From a virus, in the IMG/VR virus record IMGVR_UViG_3300043540_000091, positions 1 to 64,000 of that record: 64,000 nucleotides of DNA, one strand, 5' to 3'. Made by a program: the position numbers and the translations under genes. Positions 36,140 to 45,772 of the stretch are shown piece by piece (position 1 is the first letter of the stretch; every line of letters starts with the position of its first letter). The notes beneath the pieces are model-generated. The model was not told the DNA's origin and did no database searches. It worked only from the letters and a program-made list of their open reading frames with translations.

Positions 36140-38908
36140 TTACTGCTGAGTGGCCGTCTGCTCTACCTGGCTGGCCAGGAGAGAGATCGGGACGAAGTAG
36201 ATCAGACCGGCCAGCTTGATCTCGCAAGAGATTACCAGGGCGCCGCCCTGCAGATTCGCAGTGGCGTTCTTGTAACCTTTCGGAGCATCGTCGGAAGCGG
36301 CGATCCAGCGCAGGCGCTTGAAGTTGAACATCTGGGCTTCCAGGATGCTCAGAGCAGCTGCTGCGGTGATCTCCGCGACAGACTTACCGACCACCAAGCG
36401 ATCGAACTGATCAATCAAGGTGAGCGTGATCAAGTCGGAAACATACACGGCCTGAAGGCTGTTGTACACGAAGTTGTTGTCCACAGAGTAGGTCGTCTGG
36501 TCCGATACCCAACGGAATCCGCCGGTCGGAACCTTCTCGAGGAATAGCAAGCCTGCCTTGAGAGCATCCTTGCGGTCACCAGGAGATGACGGGTCCCATC
36601 CATCCACCGCGCCGATGCCGCCGCAGTTCGCGAACTTCTTGACGATGCCCTTGTATCCAGCGGCAGCGGACATACCAGCAGCATCGACAGCGGACATCCA
36701 CGGTTGGAACATCTTGTTGTTGCCCTGCGAGTCCTGAGCCTTGAACGGCTGGAATGCGAGTCCGATGCGGTACGCTGCCAAGATACCGGCCTCTTCTTTA
36801 CAAGCGGCATACGGAGCTTGGATCGAGCAGATACCTTGACGATTCGCACGCATCTCGATCTGGCTCATCTTGTTGATGTGCGACTTGAGATACTCGTTCA
36901 CGGCGTCGACGGTGTACGTCGAGCTTGACTCGGTCTCTTCCAGAGCGATGTCCTGATCGGCGTCGACAGACACCAGAGGAACGATGAAGTTCGTGGTGAG
37001 CTTCTCGCAGGCGTCGATGGCCGTGGTGAACGCGGCGGACGAGGTTCCGTTCTTAGCTCCATTCGCCAAGAACTGAGCGTTGTCCATTGCTTCAGGCAAG
37101 CCCGACTGCTCGACAGTCCAGCCAACTAAACCATCTGCGTTGACAGCTGACGACCAGGAGTTTGCATCTGCCTTGATGCGAGCGTTCTTATGAGAAGCGA
37201 GACCAGAGGCGAGGTAGGTGTTCTCGTCAAGAGCCGAGGGAGCTACGGCGTTGAAGCGAGCCGACGTCACCTGAGCGGACCAACCGGTCTGCGAGCTGAT
37301 GTAGTTCGCCAAGTCAGCCATGATCTTGAACTGCTTGTAGGTGCAGCTAAAGATGATGTTTGCGTCGACCTTGAAGTCGATCTGAGTCGGACCAACCACG
37401 ATGCTCGCGTTGTCGGAGATACAACCGACCTCGAGGATAACGTCGCCGCCTGCCTTGTAAGCGTTCGACACGTTGCCCTTGGCGATAGTCATCTGGTTGA
37501 CATACTCAGCGCCGCTGATCAAGCGACTGTTGGAGAGTCCCATGTCGTTTCCACCGGCATCCAACCACACTGCGCTGACATCGCCCTCGATGGACAGCGT
37601 CTTGCCAGTTCCGGTCTTCTGAGCGGCCATCACGACCAACGGTTCAGATCCAGACGAATAAGCATGAAAAGCGGTACCAGTGCCTGACGAACCTTCGCTT
37701 ACGCGAGTGGCTGACAGGGTAGTAGCCGTTGAAGCCGTGATCTGATAGAATCCAGGCTGAACGGTTCCGAAGGCCGATGCGATGGCCATCATGTCGCCAG
37801 CTTTAGGATTGGCGTTCCAAGACTTGCTCGGAGGAGTTTGGATCTGGATGTTTGAACCGTCGTTCAAGAGGATCGAGTAGGTCCCGAACACATCCTGCAT
37901 AGATTGACGAGCGTCACCCGACACGTTCTTGACTTCGATCTGACTGTAGAGGACCAGGTCATTCAGGTCAGAAGAAGCCGATCCGGATGCTGCCACGAGA
38001 GCGGCAGTCGACGAGATCCTCTTAAGGGTGAGGACAGCCGACGTGATCGTGTTCACCACAGACTCAACGACGTATGTACCGACGTTAGCATGAGCGTTTC
38101 CAGAGATGGCCGAGTTCTGAGCAGCGCCGTAGTCACCGTTTGCGGGGATGACTGCGGTGTCACCGATGACCGGAGCGTTGGCCCACTGACTTCCAGACTG
38201 GAGAGTCACGGTGAGAGTATCCGCATCCACGACAGCTGCAGTCAAGCTCAGGCCGGAGGACGGGATGACAAGCTTGCGGTTACCGCCGTTTGCTTGGATT
38301 CCAAGAGAGATGGATTCCAGCGCAGCGACGAGAGCGTCCGGAGCTTGCTTGGGAGTGATGGTCACGTTCAGCTTGCTTCCGCCGTTTGCACGAAGAGCGA
38401 GCGTGGTCGATCCAGTCAAGCGAGGAGCGTACGTGAACAAGCTGGTAGTCGGAGCTATCTCGGCTTGCGAGACGTCAGACTTATAGGTGATGAGGTTACC
38501 AGGAGCGCCCTGGCGCTTAGCCTTAGCAGAAGCGTACTCGGGCTGGCCCTTCTTATCCAAGGACAGAGCAGCGGAGGCGGCGCTCGACATGTTGGTCTTG
38601 ATCATGCGGACCAAGGTAACACCGCCCAAGATGTTAGGATCGTTGGCGGCTGAGATCACCTTTGCGAACGCGTCAACCAGGCGGCCAGAGCCGTACTTGG
38701 CGACAACGCGACCGTATTGGTCGGGAGTATATGCGACCTGGGACAGGTCAGACTCATCAAGGAAGCCAGGACCTTCGTCCGCTTCGCCGATAAGAGTAAC
38801 CACACCAGCCGAGGCTGAGTTCCCTTGCCCTGACTGAACGGTCAGCGACACATATGTGCCAGGATCGATCAGCGTGATACCGTCTTGTGTAGTATAAGCC
38901 TGAGCCAT
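36140..38908 (-). CDS. tail sheath protein (with large insertion)
   Basis: PGTYV...LIGEADEGP N-terminus; LKAGLLFLEK...RWVSDQTTY sheath C-terminal domain; 922 aa. Confidence 0.9.
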   Translation of the reverse strand: MAQAYTTQDGITLIDPGTYVSLTVQSGQGNSASAGVVTLIGEADEGPGFLDESDLSQVAYTPDQYGRVVAKYGSGRLVDAFAKVISAANDPNILGGVTLVRMIKTNMSSAASAALSLDKKGQPEYASAKAKRQGAPGNLITYKSDVSQAEIAPTTSLFTYAPRLTGSTTLALRANGGSKLNVTITPKQAPDALVAALESISLGIQANGGNRKLVIPSSGLSLTAAVVDADTLTVTLQSGSQWANAPVIGDTAVIPANGDYGAAQNSAISGNAHANVGTYVVESVVNTITSAVLTLKRISSTAALVAASGSASSDLNDLVLYSQIEVKNVSGDARQSMQDVFGTYSILLNDGSNIQIQTPPSKSWNANPKAGDMMAIASAFGTVQPGFYQITASTATTLSATRVSEGSSGTGTAFHAYSSGSEPLVVMAAQKTGTGKTLSIEGDVSAVWLDAGGNDMGLSNSRLISGAEYVNQMTIAKGNVSNAYKAGGDVILEVGCISDNASIVVGPTQIDFKVDANIIFSCTYKQFKIMADLANYISSQTGWSAQVTSARFNAVAPSALDENTYLASGLASHKNARIKADANSWSSAVNADGLVGWTVEQSGLPEAMDNAQFLANGAKNGTSSAAFTTAIDACEKLTTNFIVPLVSVDADQDIALEETESSSTYTVDAVNEYLKSHINKMSQIEMRANRQGICSIQAPYAACKEEAGILAAYRIGLAFQPFKAQDSQGNNKMFQPWMSAVDAAGMSAAAGYKGIVKKFANCGGIGAVDGWDPSSPGDRKDALKAGLLFLEKVPTGGFRWVSDQTTYSVDNNFVYNSLQAVYVSDLITLTLIDQFDRLVVGKSVAEITAAAALSILEAQMFNFKRLRWIAASDDAPKGYKNATANLQGGALVISCEIKLAGLIYFVPISLLASQVEQTATQQ

Positions 38909-38932
38909 TTACGCTACCTCCAAATCACCAGA

Positions 38933-38941
38933 TAGATTAGG
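38933..38941 (-). promoter_or_regulatory. putative late promoter variant CCTAATCTA
   Basis: 8/9 match, ~25 nt upstream of the sheath ATG. Confidence 0.65.
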
Positions 38942-39194
38942 TTCTGAACCCGAAGTCTTTCAAACCTTGATCGAACTTCTTGTAGTCCATAAACCCTCTA
39001 GACTCAAAGTGCCGCTTGATGGCAGCTTTCAGATCTTGGTTGAGATTATATTTAGTCGCAGTACGAATCCACCAAGCATCGAAGGAGATCGGGATCGACA
39101 CGGGCGCTGGAGTTACGGGAGCACGCTCCGGCGCTGCATCTTCCTGACCTACGACGATGACTTCGTCAACCATACCTTTACGTTTCGAGTTCAT
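38937..39194 (-). CDS. small hypothetical protein preceding sheath
   Basis: 85-aa ORF, contiguous with neighbours. Confidence 0.65.
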   Translation of the reverse strand: MNSKRKGMVDEVIVVGQEDAAPERAPVTPAPVSIPISFDAWWIRTATKYNLNQDLKAAIKRHFESRGFMDYKKFDQGLKDFGFRT

Positions 39195-39195
39195 C

Positions 39196-40302
39196 TTAGC
39201 GTCCTTCCATCTTCTTGGACTTCTTAGGTTCCCAAGGCTTCTTGAGATCTTCTTTGATCTCTTCCTTGCTCATACGTATACCAGCCGGTTTAGCTGGCAT
39301 CTTTGGAGCTGCCATGGCAGGCTTCGGAGCAGCCGGAGCTGGCGCGGGAGCGGCCATTGCCTTGGTCAACTCTTCAAACTTGGCAGGCTCGTTCTTGGCA
39401 AGATCGATTAGATCTTTGGCTGCCTTGATGATCTCTGCTTTGTTCATGGGTTTCTTCTCGTCGGCGGACATACCTGCCTCCTTGTTCTCTTCAGATCGCG
39501 CTTGTGATGGATCGTGTAAGGTGCGAAGATGCGCGAGCATCGCACGCTGGCGTTCTGGGGTATCCAAGATCTTCATGGCATGACCGATCGTGTCGGCATG
39601 CTCAGATACATCATGAGCCTTGTCCTGCGGGCTGTTAGGCGCATGAGGCATATCGTCCTTCTTGACCTCGGACAGAGCCAAGCCCATCTCGGATGTTTTT
39701 TCCATTTCCTTCTCGGCCTTGGGCAGATTGGGCTTAGGCATTTCTTTAAGTTCTGCCAGCTTGTCCTTGTGCTGTTCCTTCGCCCAAGCGTTTGTCTTAG
39801 CGCTTGCGCCGCCAGGTGCCATGTGAGCTCCGACGCTTGAAGTTCCAGTCTTATGGCTTGCTCCGAAGTGAGCTTCGTGAACGCCCTTCTGTTTGCCCTT
39901 CTCGCCCTTTTCCATCTCAGCCTTGGGGAGGTTCGGCTTAGGAGCTTGCTTCATGTGAGCGAGACGGTCAGCAGCATCTTCCTTGGCCGATGACATGTAC
40001 TGCGCCGGTTCACGGACCTTCGTACCCATCGAGGATTGACCGGCTGGACGGCGCGGATCTTGATGGTTGATGCCGAAGTGATGAGAACGATTGGGATCAT
40101 TGTTGGTTATGAAGTTGCCGCCATGCTTGTCAGGGCCTATGTTACGCTTCCACTTCTCGTGGTGCGCGGCAGACGCCATGGACTTGCGACGTGCCTGTTC
40201 TTCTTTCGGAATAGCCTTGCCAAGTTCTTGAAATTGCTCAGGGTTTTCCTTAGCAGCCTTCAAGAGTCCCTTCGCTTGTTGAATAGCCTTATCTCTGCTC
40301 AC
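39196..40302 (-). CDS. low-complexity putative internal head protein with many [LM]xK[AST] motifs
   Basis: LGKA, LPKA x2, MEKT, MNKA, LAKN, LTKA; K/E/A/P-rich. Confidence 0.65.
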   Translation of the reverse strand: MSRDKAIQQAKGLLKAAKENPEQFQELGKAIPKEEQARRKSMASAAHHEKWKRNIGPDKHGGNFITNNDPNRSHHFGINHQDPRRPAGQSSMGTKVREPAQYMSSAKEDAADRLAHMKQAPKPNLPKAEMEKGEKGKQKGVHEAHFGASHKTGTSSVGAHMAPGGASAKTNAWAKEQHKDKLAELKEMPKPNLPKAEKEMEKTSEMGLALSEVKKDDMPHAPNSPQDKAHDVSEHADTIGHAMKILDTPERQRAMLAHLRTLHDPSQARSEENKEAGMSADEKKPMNKAEIIKAAKDLIDLAKNEPAKFEELTKAMAAPAPAPAAPKPAMAAPKMPAKPAGIRMSKEEIKEDLKKPWEPKKSKKMEGR

Positions 40303-40326
40303 CGTGCAATTCTCCTAACTGATCGA

Positions 40327-40335
40327 AAGATTAGG
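40327..40335 (-). promoter_or_regulatory. putative late promoter CCTAATCTT
   Basis: intergenic, ~25 nt upstream of 40302. Confidence 0.7.
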
Positions 40336-40339
40336 TTAT

Positions 40340-42640
40340 TCATGCAGGCTCTTCCGAATGGACCTTTACCGGATGGAACATGGCAACCACGTTCGGCAGC
40401 GGCGAGCTGGAGTTGGTGTAGCCGTGGTATCCGGCGTCACGTATCCTGCCAAGGATCATGTCAGAGTTCCACGCGCCGCCGTTGTCAGAGATCGCGGACT
40501 TCACATGGCTATCTGGATCTTTGGCGAGGTCATAGATCTTGGTCGTGTGAGGCAAGGACACCTTGTACTTCGCCGAAGAGCGGCTGCGCACGATGTCTTC
40601 CGGTTGAGATCCGGCACGATAGAAGTAGGAGCGAGCAACTTCCGGCAGGCCGCGCTTGTATTCCTGTGATGGTGCGCCGGTACCCATGTGACCAGGAGAG
40701 ATCTCGCTCAGTCCCTTGATCGCGCTGTAGTGTTCAAGCTGGATCGGAGCATTCTTTGCCATCGGATGAGGGAAGTTGAGTCGGAACTTGAAGGATGACC
40801 CGTCAGGCATGCGTACTTCAGTGTGATCTCCGGATGGATCTGTCACCTCAGAGTGACCAGCGCCGATGCCCATCGGTTTGTGAGACGGATGCGTTGCGAT
40901 CTCTTCGTGTTGCCCATGCTCTCCGTGGATGACCGCGAGCTGCCCATACTTCTTACCGAGCTGTATCGCATGCTCTCGCGACATTCCTGGAACGACGTAG
41001 CTAGGCTCGGTAGAGCCTCCCCATCGACCGACAGCATGAAGAGGTGAGTACCCAAGGCTCGCAACGTCAGACAAGAACGACTTGTGCGCTGCGGCGTTGT
41101 CAGCCTCTCCTGCTCCAGATCTGTGAGGAGTCAGGATCGCGAACCGGCCATTGGTAAGAAGCTTGGAGACGTGCTCGGAGTTCTTTGCAAGATCGCTCTT
41201 GGCCATGCGCTTCTTGAGCTTCGATCTGAAATACGCCTGAGCCTTACTGCGAGCTTCTTCATGATGGCCCTGGCCGCGAAGATTGATAGCGGTATGAGGC
41301 GACGGCTTGGTTACCCATCCTTTATCCGGTGAGTACTTCGCGTTTGAAGACTCGCGTTCCTCGAACAGCTTGGCTGTCTCAGGAGTATAGACTTCCTTAC
41401 CTCCGGCGATGTACTTACCGTTTGGCAGCTTGCGAGCTACCTGTACGTCCGGACGATCTGCGGCCATCTCGAATCCAGGCTTCTTGACTACACGTCCCTT
41501 CGCGTGAGCTGGGAGCCCAAGCTGACGACGGATCTGGTTCTCGCGAGCGGTCGATTCGTACTCGTCCTTGACACGCGCCTGTTGCTTGTATCCGTACTTT
41601 ACGTTCTGCGCTCCCCACTCCTTGTCCATCATCTCCTGGAACTGCTTCATGGCTACCTTCTCAGGTGCCATGTCCAAGTGAGCGAGTTCGTGAGCGAGAG
41701 AGTCGGGATTGCCGATATGTTCAAGATATCCAGTAGTTAAGTCGGGCTTGTTGATCATTTTTCCGGAAGAAGATTTCTTGCCCTTTGCCTGCCTTACCTT
41801 AACTCCATACTTCTTCTCGGCGTACTCAGACAATGTCTTCATCTGCTTCGCGCGTTGCTTGGAGTTGGGAGAGGTCTTCCAACTTCCAAACACCTTCTTG
41901 CGCTGCTCACGAACGTTCTTTGACTTCTCGAGGTCGTTTACAGTCGCTTCAGACTTGCCGCCGCCGAAGCCGATCGCAGCAAGGAGTTGCTTACTTTCTT
42001 GAGCTACGTTGTCGAGTCCAGTCTTCTCCGGCAGTCCTCCTGACAAGCTTTGCTGGATGGCCTTGCCCTGTTCAGCCGTGGGGAACTTCGGAGGAGTCGT
42101 GCCGCCTGGTTCGATCTTCTTCGCGGGAAGCTCTCCCTTGATCGTAGTGTATCCTGGCTTCACGTTCGGATTGATGACCTTGCCGCCCTCGCCTATTCCA
42201 AGCAGCTTCTCAGACATGCGGCGACCTTCGTTCTGGTCTCGACGCCAAACGCTCGTTACGAAGCGTGCTGCCTCTTCTCTGGCTGGATGATTGTATGGGA
42301 CGGGCTGGCCGGATAAGAAATGTTGCTTGAGAGAATCTGGGATCTGAACACCGGCGACATGGGTAGTCTCCGGAGTCTTCGGCACGATGGCAGATCCGAC
42401 CTTCTTAGACTTCTGGATGACCTTCCCGAAACCCTTGGGCTTGGGAGGCTCTTTGACGGTGACAGAGCCAAGAGGCTGCTTCGGCGGTTCCTTCATAGTG
42501 ACCGAGCCGAGAGGCTGCTTCGGAGCTGGCTTAACGGTGACAGATCCAACGGGAGGAGTCGCCGTGGGCTTCACGGTAACGGTACCGAACTCTCCGGATC
42601 TAGCTAACTTCTTGCCAAAAATCTTCTTGAAGGCGTTCAT
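40340..42640 (-). CDS. polyvalent protein: repeats + HExxH zincin + T3-SAMase/DUF3293-like + ART-like domains
   Basis: HELAH...E at 41678; FAILTPHRS...N...H...GRW...EPS...LGKKYGQ; LEHYS...GTG...RSYFY...IYD...GYHGY...VVAMFHP. Confidence 0.7.
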   Translation of the reverse strand: MNAFKKIFGKKLARSGEFGTVTVKPTATPPVGSVTVKPAPKQPLGSVTMKEPPKQPLGSVTVKEPPKPKGFGKVIQKSKKVGSAIVPKTPETTHVAGVQIPDSLKQHFLSGQPVPYNHPAREEAARFVTSVWRRDQNEGRRMSEKLLGIGEGGKVINPNVKPGYTTIKGELPAKKIEPGGTTPPKFPTAEQGKAIQQSLSGGLPEKTGLDNVAQESKQLLAAIGFGGGKSEATVNDLEKSKNVREQRKKVFGSWKTSPNSKQRAKQMKTLSEYAEKKYGVKVRQAKGKKSSSGKMINKPDLTTGYLEHIGNPDSLAHELAHLDMAPEKVAMKQFQEMMDKEWGAQNVKYGYKQQARVKDEYESTARENQIRRQLGLPAHAKGRVVKKPGFEMAADRPDVQVARKLPNGKYIAGGKEVYTPETAKLFEERESSNAKYSPDKGWVTKPSPHTAINLRGQGHHEEARSKAQAYFRSKLKKRMAKSDLAKNSEHVSKLLTNGRFAILTPHRSGAGEADNAAAHKSFLSDVASLGYSPLHAVGRWGGSTEPSYVVPGMSREHAIQLGKKYGQLAVIHGEHGQHEEIATHPSHKPMGIGAGHSEVTDPSGDHTEVRMPDGSSFKFRLNFPHPMAKNAPIQLEHYSAIKGLSEISPGHMGTGAPSQEYKRGLPEVARSYFYRAGSQPEDIVRSRSSAKYKVSLPHTTKIYDLAKDPDSHVKSAISDNGGAWNSDMILGRIRDAGYHGYTNSSSPLPNVVAMFHPVKVHSEEPA
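42430..42590 (-). repeat. ~12-aa coding repeat GSVTVKxPPKQPL
   Basis: four degenerate copies at the protein N-terminus. Confidence 0.75.
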
Positions 42641-42646
42641 GGTCTA

Positions 42647-42655
42647 AAGATTAGG
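42647..42655 (-). promoter_or_regulatory. putative late promoter CCTAATCTT (leaderless configuration)
   Basis: CCTAATCTT-TAGACC-ATG, no room for an RBS. Confidence 0.7.
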
Positions 42656-43837
42656 CTAATACGTCCTGAGTACCTGGATACCAGACGTAAGTTCGAGTGG
42701 ATGTATGATGATGCCTGCGTCCTCGGCGGAGATGGCCGGTCCGAACGATGACAGTTTCTTGAACGTGGGTTCATCGATCTCCACATGTGGCTCGTTTGAG
42801 CTAGACGTAGGTCCTATAGGAGACGTCGCGGCCATGAGGTGAGTCAGCTTCTCTGGCATCCCATGGACCACCAAGACGTGCTTCTTGCGGCCAACGGCTG
42901 CGATCTCTTGAGGAACGAACACGAGCTTTGACGATTGGATCGGAACGGAGGCATCGTGCGCGGACACCAGCTCGTGCAGCTTAGGATGCTGTGCGGCGGC
43001 CATCGGCCCAAAGTTCTTTACCACCATGCGAAATGGCTTGCCGTCATCGCTAGACGTACGTCCATATACCGTGACGGGGTACGACAAGATGAGATCCTTC
43101 TGGACCGGTTCTGCCTTCTTAAGTGACGGATCTTTTATGAAGCTGTTTGCCCAATGCACCGCGTCCTGAGTCATGTCTCGACTGCGGACGATCTTCTTGC
43201 CGGAGATCTTCTGAGCGTGCGCGGCCATGGTCGTCCCGATACCTTTACGACGATGAAGTCTGTTCACCTCGAAGTTGAACGGCATCAGGTCGCCGGACGG
43301 CGTATGGGTTACAGCCAAGAAACCAACCTGCTTCCCGCCACGTATAGCCTTGACGATGAAGTCGTGATTCTTTGGGTTGAACGCGCCTGGATCAACCGCA
43401 AACGATTCGACCTTGATCTTTGTAGCGGACTTCTCAACAGGCTCAGGCTTCTTCATCGTGTGGTTCATCCATTCCACGAGGATGTTACGTTCTTTTGGAA
43501 TGTGAAGGCTGTCGTGCGACGTCGGATCAAGGAACTTGAAGGTGACGAACTCTGAGTCAGGATCTGCGCCAGCATACGGGCTGAAGCCTTCCGGATACTC
43601 ACACGAGAACAGGTGAACGTGGGCGTCTCCATACATGTTCTCGTGCATGTGGTCGAGCTTAACTCCCTTGAGTCCAGTCTCTTCCTCGAGTTCGCGTGAC
43701 GCGGCTTCGCTGTCGATCTCGCCGCTCTTCGCATGTCCACCTGCCAATGCCCACCTATGATTGTCACGACGAAGGCCGTGCAGAAATAGGTTCGGCATCT
43801 CAGGATGTCTGATTGCGATGGCGACGATCTTCTTCAT
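42656..43837 (-). CDS. Nudix hydrolase + GNAT acetyltransferase + degenerate 2H-phosphoesterase-like fusion
   Basis: Nudix box GGHAKSGEIDSEAASRELEEETGL; GNAT VNRLHRRKGIGT; C-terminal domain with PHVEI; start at TAATG overlap 43837. Confidence 0.8.
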   Translation of the reverse strand: MKKIVAIAIRHPEMPNLFLHGLRRDNHRWALAGGHAKSGEIDSEAASRELEEETGLKGVKLDHMHENMYGDAHVHLFSCEYPEGFSPYAGADPDSEFVTFKFLDPTSHDSLHIPKERNILVEWMNHTMKKPEPVEKSATKIKVESFAVDPGAFNPKNHDFIVKAIRGGKQVGFLAVTHTPSGDLMPFNFEVNRLHRRKGIGTTMAAHAQKISGKKIVRSRDMTQDAVHWANSFIKDPSLKKAEPVQKDLILSYPVTVYGRTSSDDGKPFRMVVKNFGPMAAAQHPKLHELVSAHDASVPIQSSKLVFVPQEIAAVGRKKHVLVVHGMPEKLTHLMAATSPIGPTSSSNEPHVEIDEPTFKKLSSFGPAISAEDAGIIIHPLELTSGIQVLRTY

Positions 43838-44796
43838 TAAGGGTCTTCCTCCATCTTCCATCCCTGCGACTGAGCGTAGATCTGGTATTCATCTGGAGTG
43901 CGCGGACCGTCAATGATCCTGATGCCGCCCTTGATACCTTGGATCTTGGGAGCTGCGTACTTGATGAAGTTAGCTTCTACCTGGCCCGACAAGCTCATCG
44001 AGCAGCTGTATACACGCTCAGCTCCGTTGAAGTGCGGGTTCTCATCGATAGACCCAAGAGTGAAGGTCGATAGCTCGAATCCTCTACGCTCAAGATACGC
44101 TTCTTTGTAGCGGAGGAAGATGTACTGCGCGATCTGTCTAAGCCATATCGCCTGATTAAGATCAGACTCGGCGTGCAGGCCTATGGCGAACTGCTCTTCG
44201 AGGAAGGTCAGTTCCTTGTTCAGGTTCCACAGCGCGGTGGGCGGTACTACGTACGCATTGGTGAAGTCATCGTCGATGCCAGGTGTTATGAGGAACGCCT
44301 TTGGTCCGAGAACGGCGTTGATCACGTATGCCTTACTCGAACGCTTGGACACAAGATACTGCCCTGGCAACATGTTCGTGGTGTCGATGTTGTCGGGCAG
44401 GGTGAAGAGCCCCTTCTGCTTGTTGTACGCCTTAGGAGTGAACTCTGTATATGTCACCTGGATCTGCTTCGTGATATCGATCGGATCAAAATCTTCCTCT
44501 GATCCGATGTCCGCGAGTGAGTCTCGCTCTGTCATCTCTCTTGAGGAGGTGCGTACCACGGTAATGCAAGGGAAGCGAGGGGTGTCGACGCGGTTGACCA
44601 GGTAGACATCGATGTTGTTGCCAAGGAACCACTCCCTCGCACGTTGGATCTCCTTGTGACCATAGTCTAGTCGAGCGAGAGGATCGTTCGCGAGATCTGC
44701 GAAGATGTCGTCCAAGATCCAGTTGTTCTTGCGCAGGTCGGCAAGCGCTCCCTCGATCATGGTCTTGATAAGGATGTCAGTCGCGAGTATTCCCAT
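43837..44796 (-). CDS. tail completion/terminator-like protein
   Basis: PRFPCITV...E motif, synteny between neck and sheath genes. Confidence 0.6.
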   Translation of the reverse strand: MGILATDILIKTMIEGALADLRKNNWILDDIFADLANDPLARLDYGHKEIQRAREWFLGNNIDVYLVNRVDTPRFPCITVVRTSSREMTERDSLADIGSEEDFDPIDITKQIQVTYTEFTPKAYNKQKGLFTLPDNIDTTNMLPGQYLVSKRSSKAYVINAVLGPKAFLITPGIDDDFTNAYVVPPTALWNLNKELTFLEEQFAIGLHAESDLNQAIWLRQIAQYIFLRYKEAYLERRGFELSTFTLGSIDENPHFNGAERVYSCSMSLSGQVEANFIKYAAPKIQGIKGGIRIIDGPRTPDEYQIYAQSQGWKMEEDP

Positions 44797-44797
44797 G

Positions 44798-45772
44798 TTA
44801 TTGTCCTAACGTCTCCTCGATATTCTTCACTATCGTCTCCCACTGCGCGTTCGCATGGTCATACGCCTTCTGAAGAAAGTTTGCAGGCTCGACTGCGGGA
44901 TACATCCATCGATTCTCTTGCTTATGCTTCGACGATATAACCCTGAAGACAACCGTCTCCTTCTTAACAGAACCCTTCTTGGTCGCGGCGATCTTAGCAG
45001 CGTCGCGCTTGTTCGTTACGAGCTTGCCCTTGTCATACACGTTCTGAAAGACTGCGGCTCCCTGTAATTTGAATATACCAGAATGAGGGCGAAGGCCAGT
45101 CCTGGCCGCCTCCGTTTCCGTTCGCGGTCTGGAATAGATCACGCCAGGAGCATAGCCAGCGGCGTCATGTGGACGTATGTCCAGCTTCCTGATCAACCCA
45201 AGCTTAGGAGTATTGTCCAGGTTCTTCTCGATCTTTGTCAGATTGATCTTGTTCTGCTTGGTGTAATCTCGCACGATCTGTGACAAGGCAGGGTGAGAAG
45301 CGGTATCCTTCTTGTTGGAGGTCTCTTTGAACGGGATGGCCCTGTACAGAGATCCATCCTTCGCGCGTTTTACTCCACGGGCACCTGGCTTCAATAGCCA
45401 TTCTCCCATGAATGTTTCCTTACGGCCCTCTTCCAGCCAGCGTGCGCGTTCGTCAATCTCAACTACCCACAGTCCATCACCGACCTTGATCCAGCGAAGG
45501 TACTTTGGGACCTGGTCTACGTGAGGATCGTTGGTAGATCTGCTGGACGCGTCCTTGCCGAACTCGCCCGTACCAAGGTAGAAGTTACGCTTGAAGTCAT
45601 CGTCCTTCCATTTCTCCTTGGTTAAGCCGATGATGTATGCGTGGGAGGCTTTAGACAGAAGCTCGACTTGCTGGACGACTACGTCTTCGACAAGCTCGCG
45701 TGCGAGTCTTACCTTCGCAGCGATCTCGTCTACGTTTACCCTGAATCTAAAGAGGCCCTTCATGTCGTTCAT
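44798..45772 (-). CDS. neck / head-tail joining protein
   Basis: WLEEG...YRAIPF...VFRVISSK...WMYP pattern of large-myovirus neck proteins. Confidence 0.6.
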   Translation of the reverse strand: MNDMKGLFRFRVNVDEIAAKVRLARELVEDVVVQQVELLSKASHAYIIGLTKEKWKDDDFKRNFYLGTGEFGKDASSRSTNDPHVDQVPKYLRWIKVGDGLWVVEIDERARWLEEGRKETFMGEWLLKPGARGVKRAKDGSLYRAIPFKETSNKKDTASHPALSQIVRDYTKQNKINLTKIEKNLDNTPKLGLIRKLDIRPHDAAGYAPGVIYSRPRTETEAARTGLRPHSGIFKLQGAAVFQNVYDKGKLVTNKRDAAKIAATKKGSVKKETVVFRVISSKHKQENRWMYPAVEPANFLQKAYDHANAQWETIVKNIEETLGQ

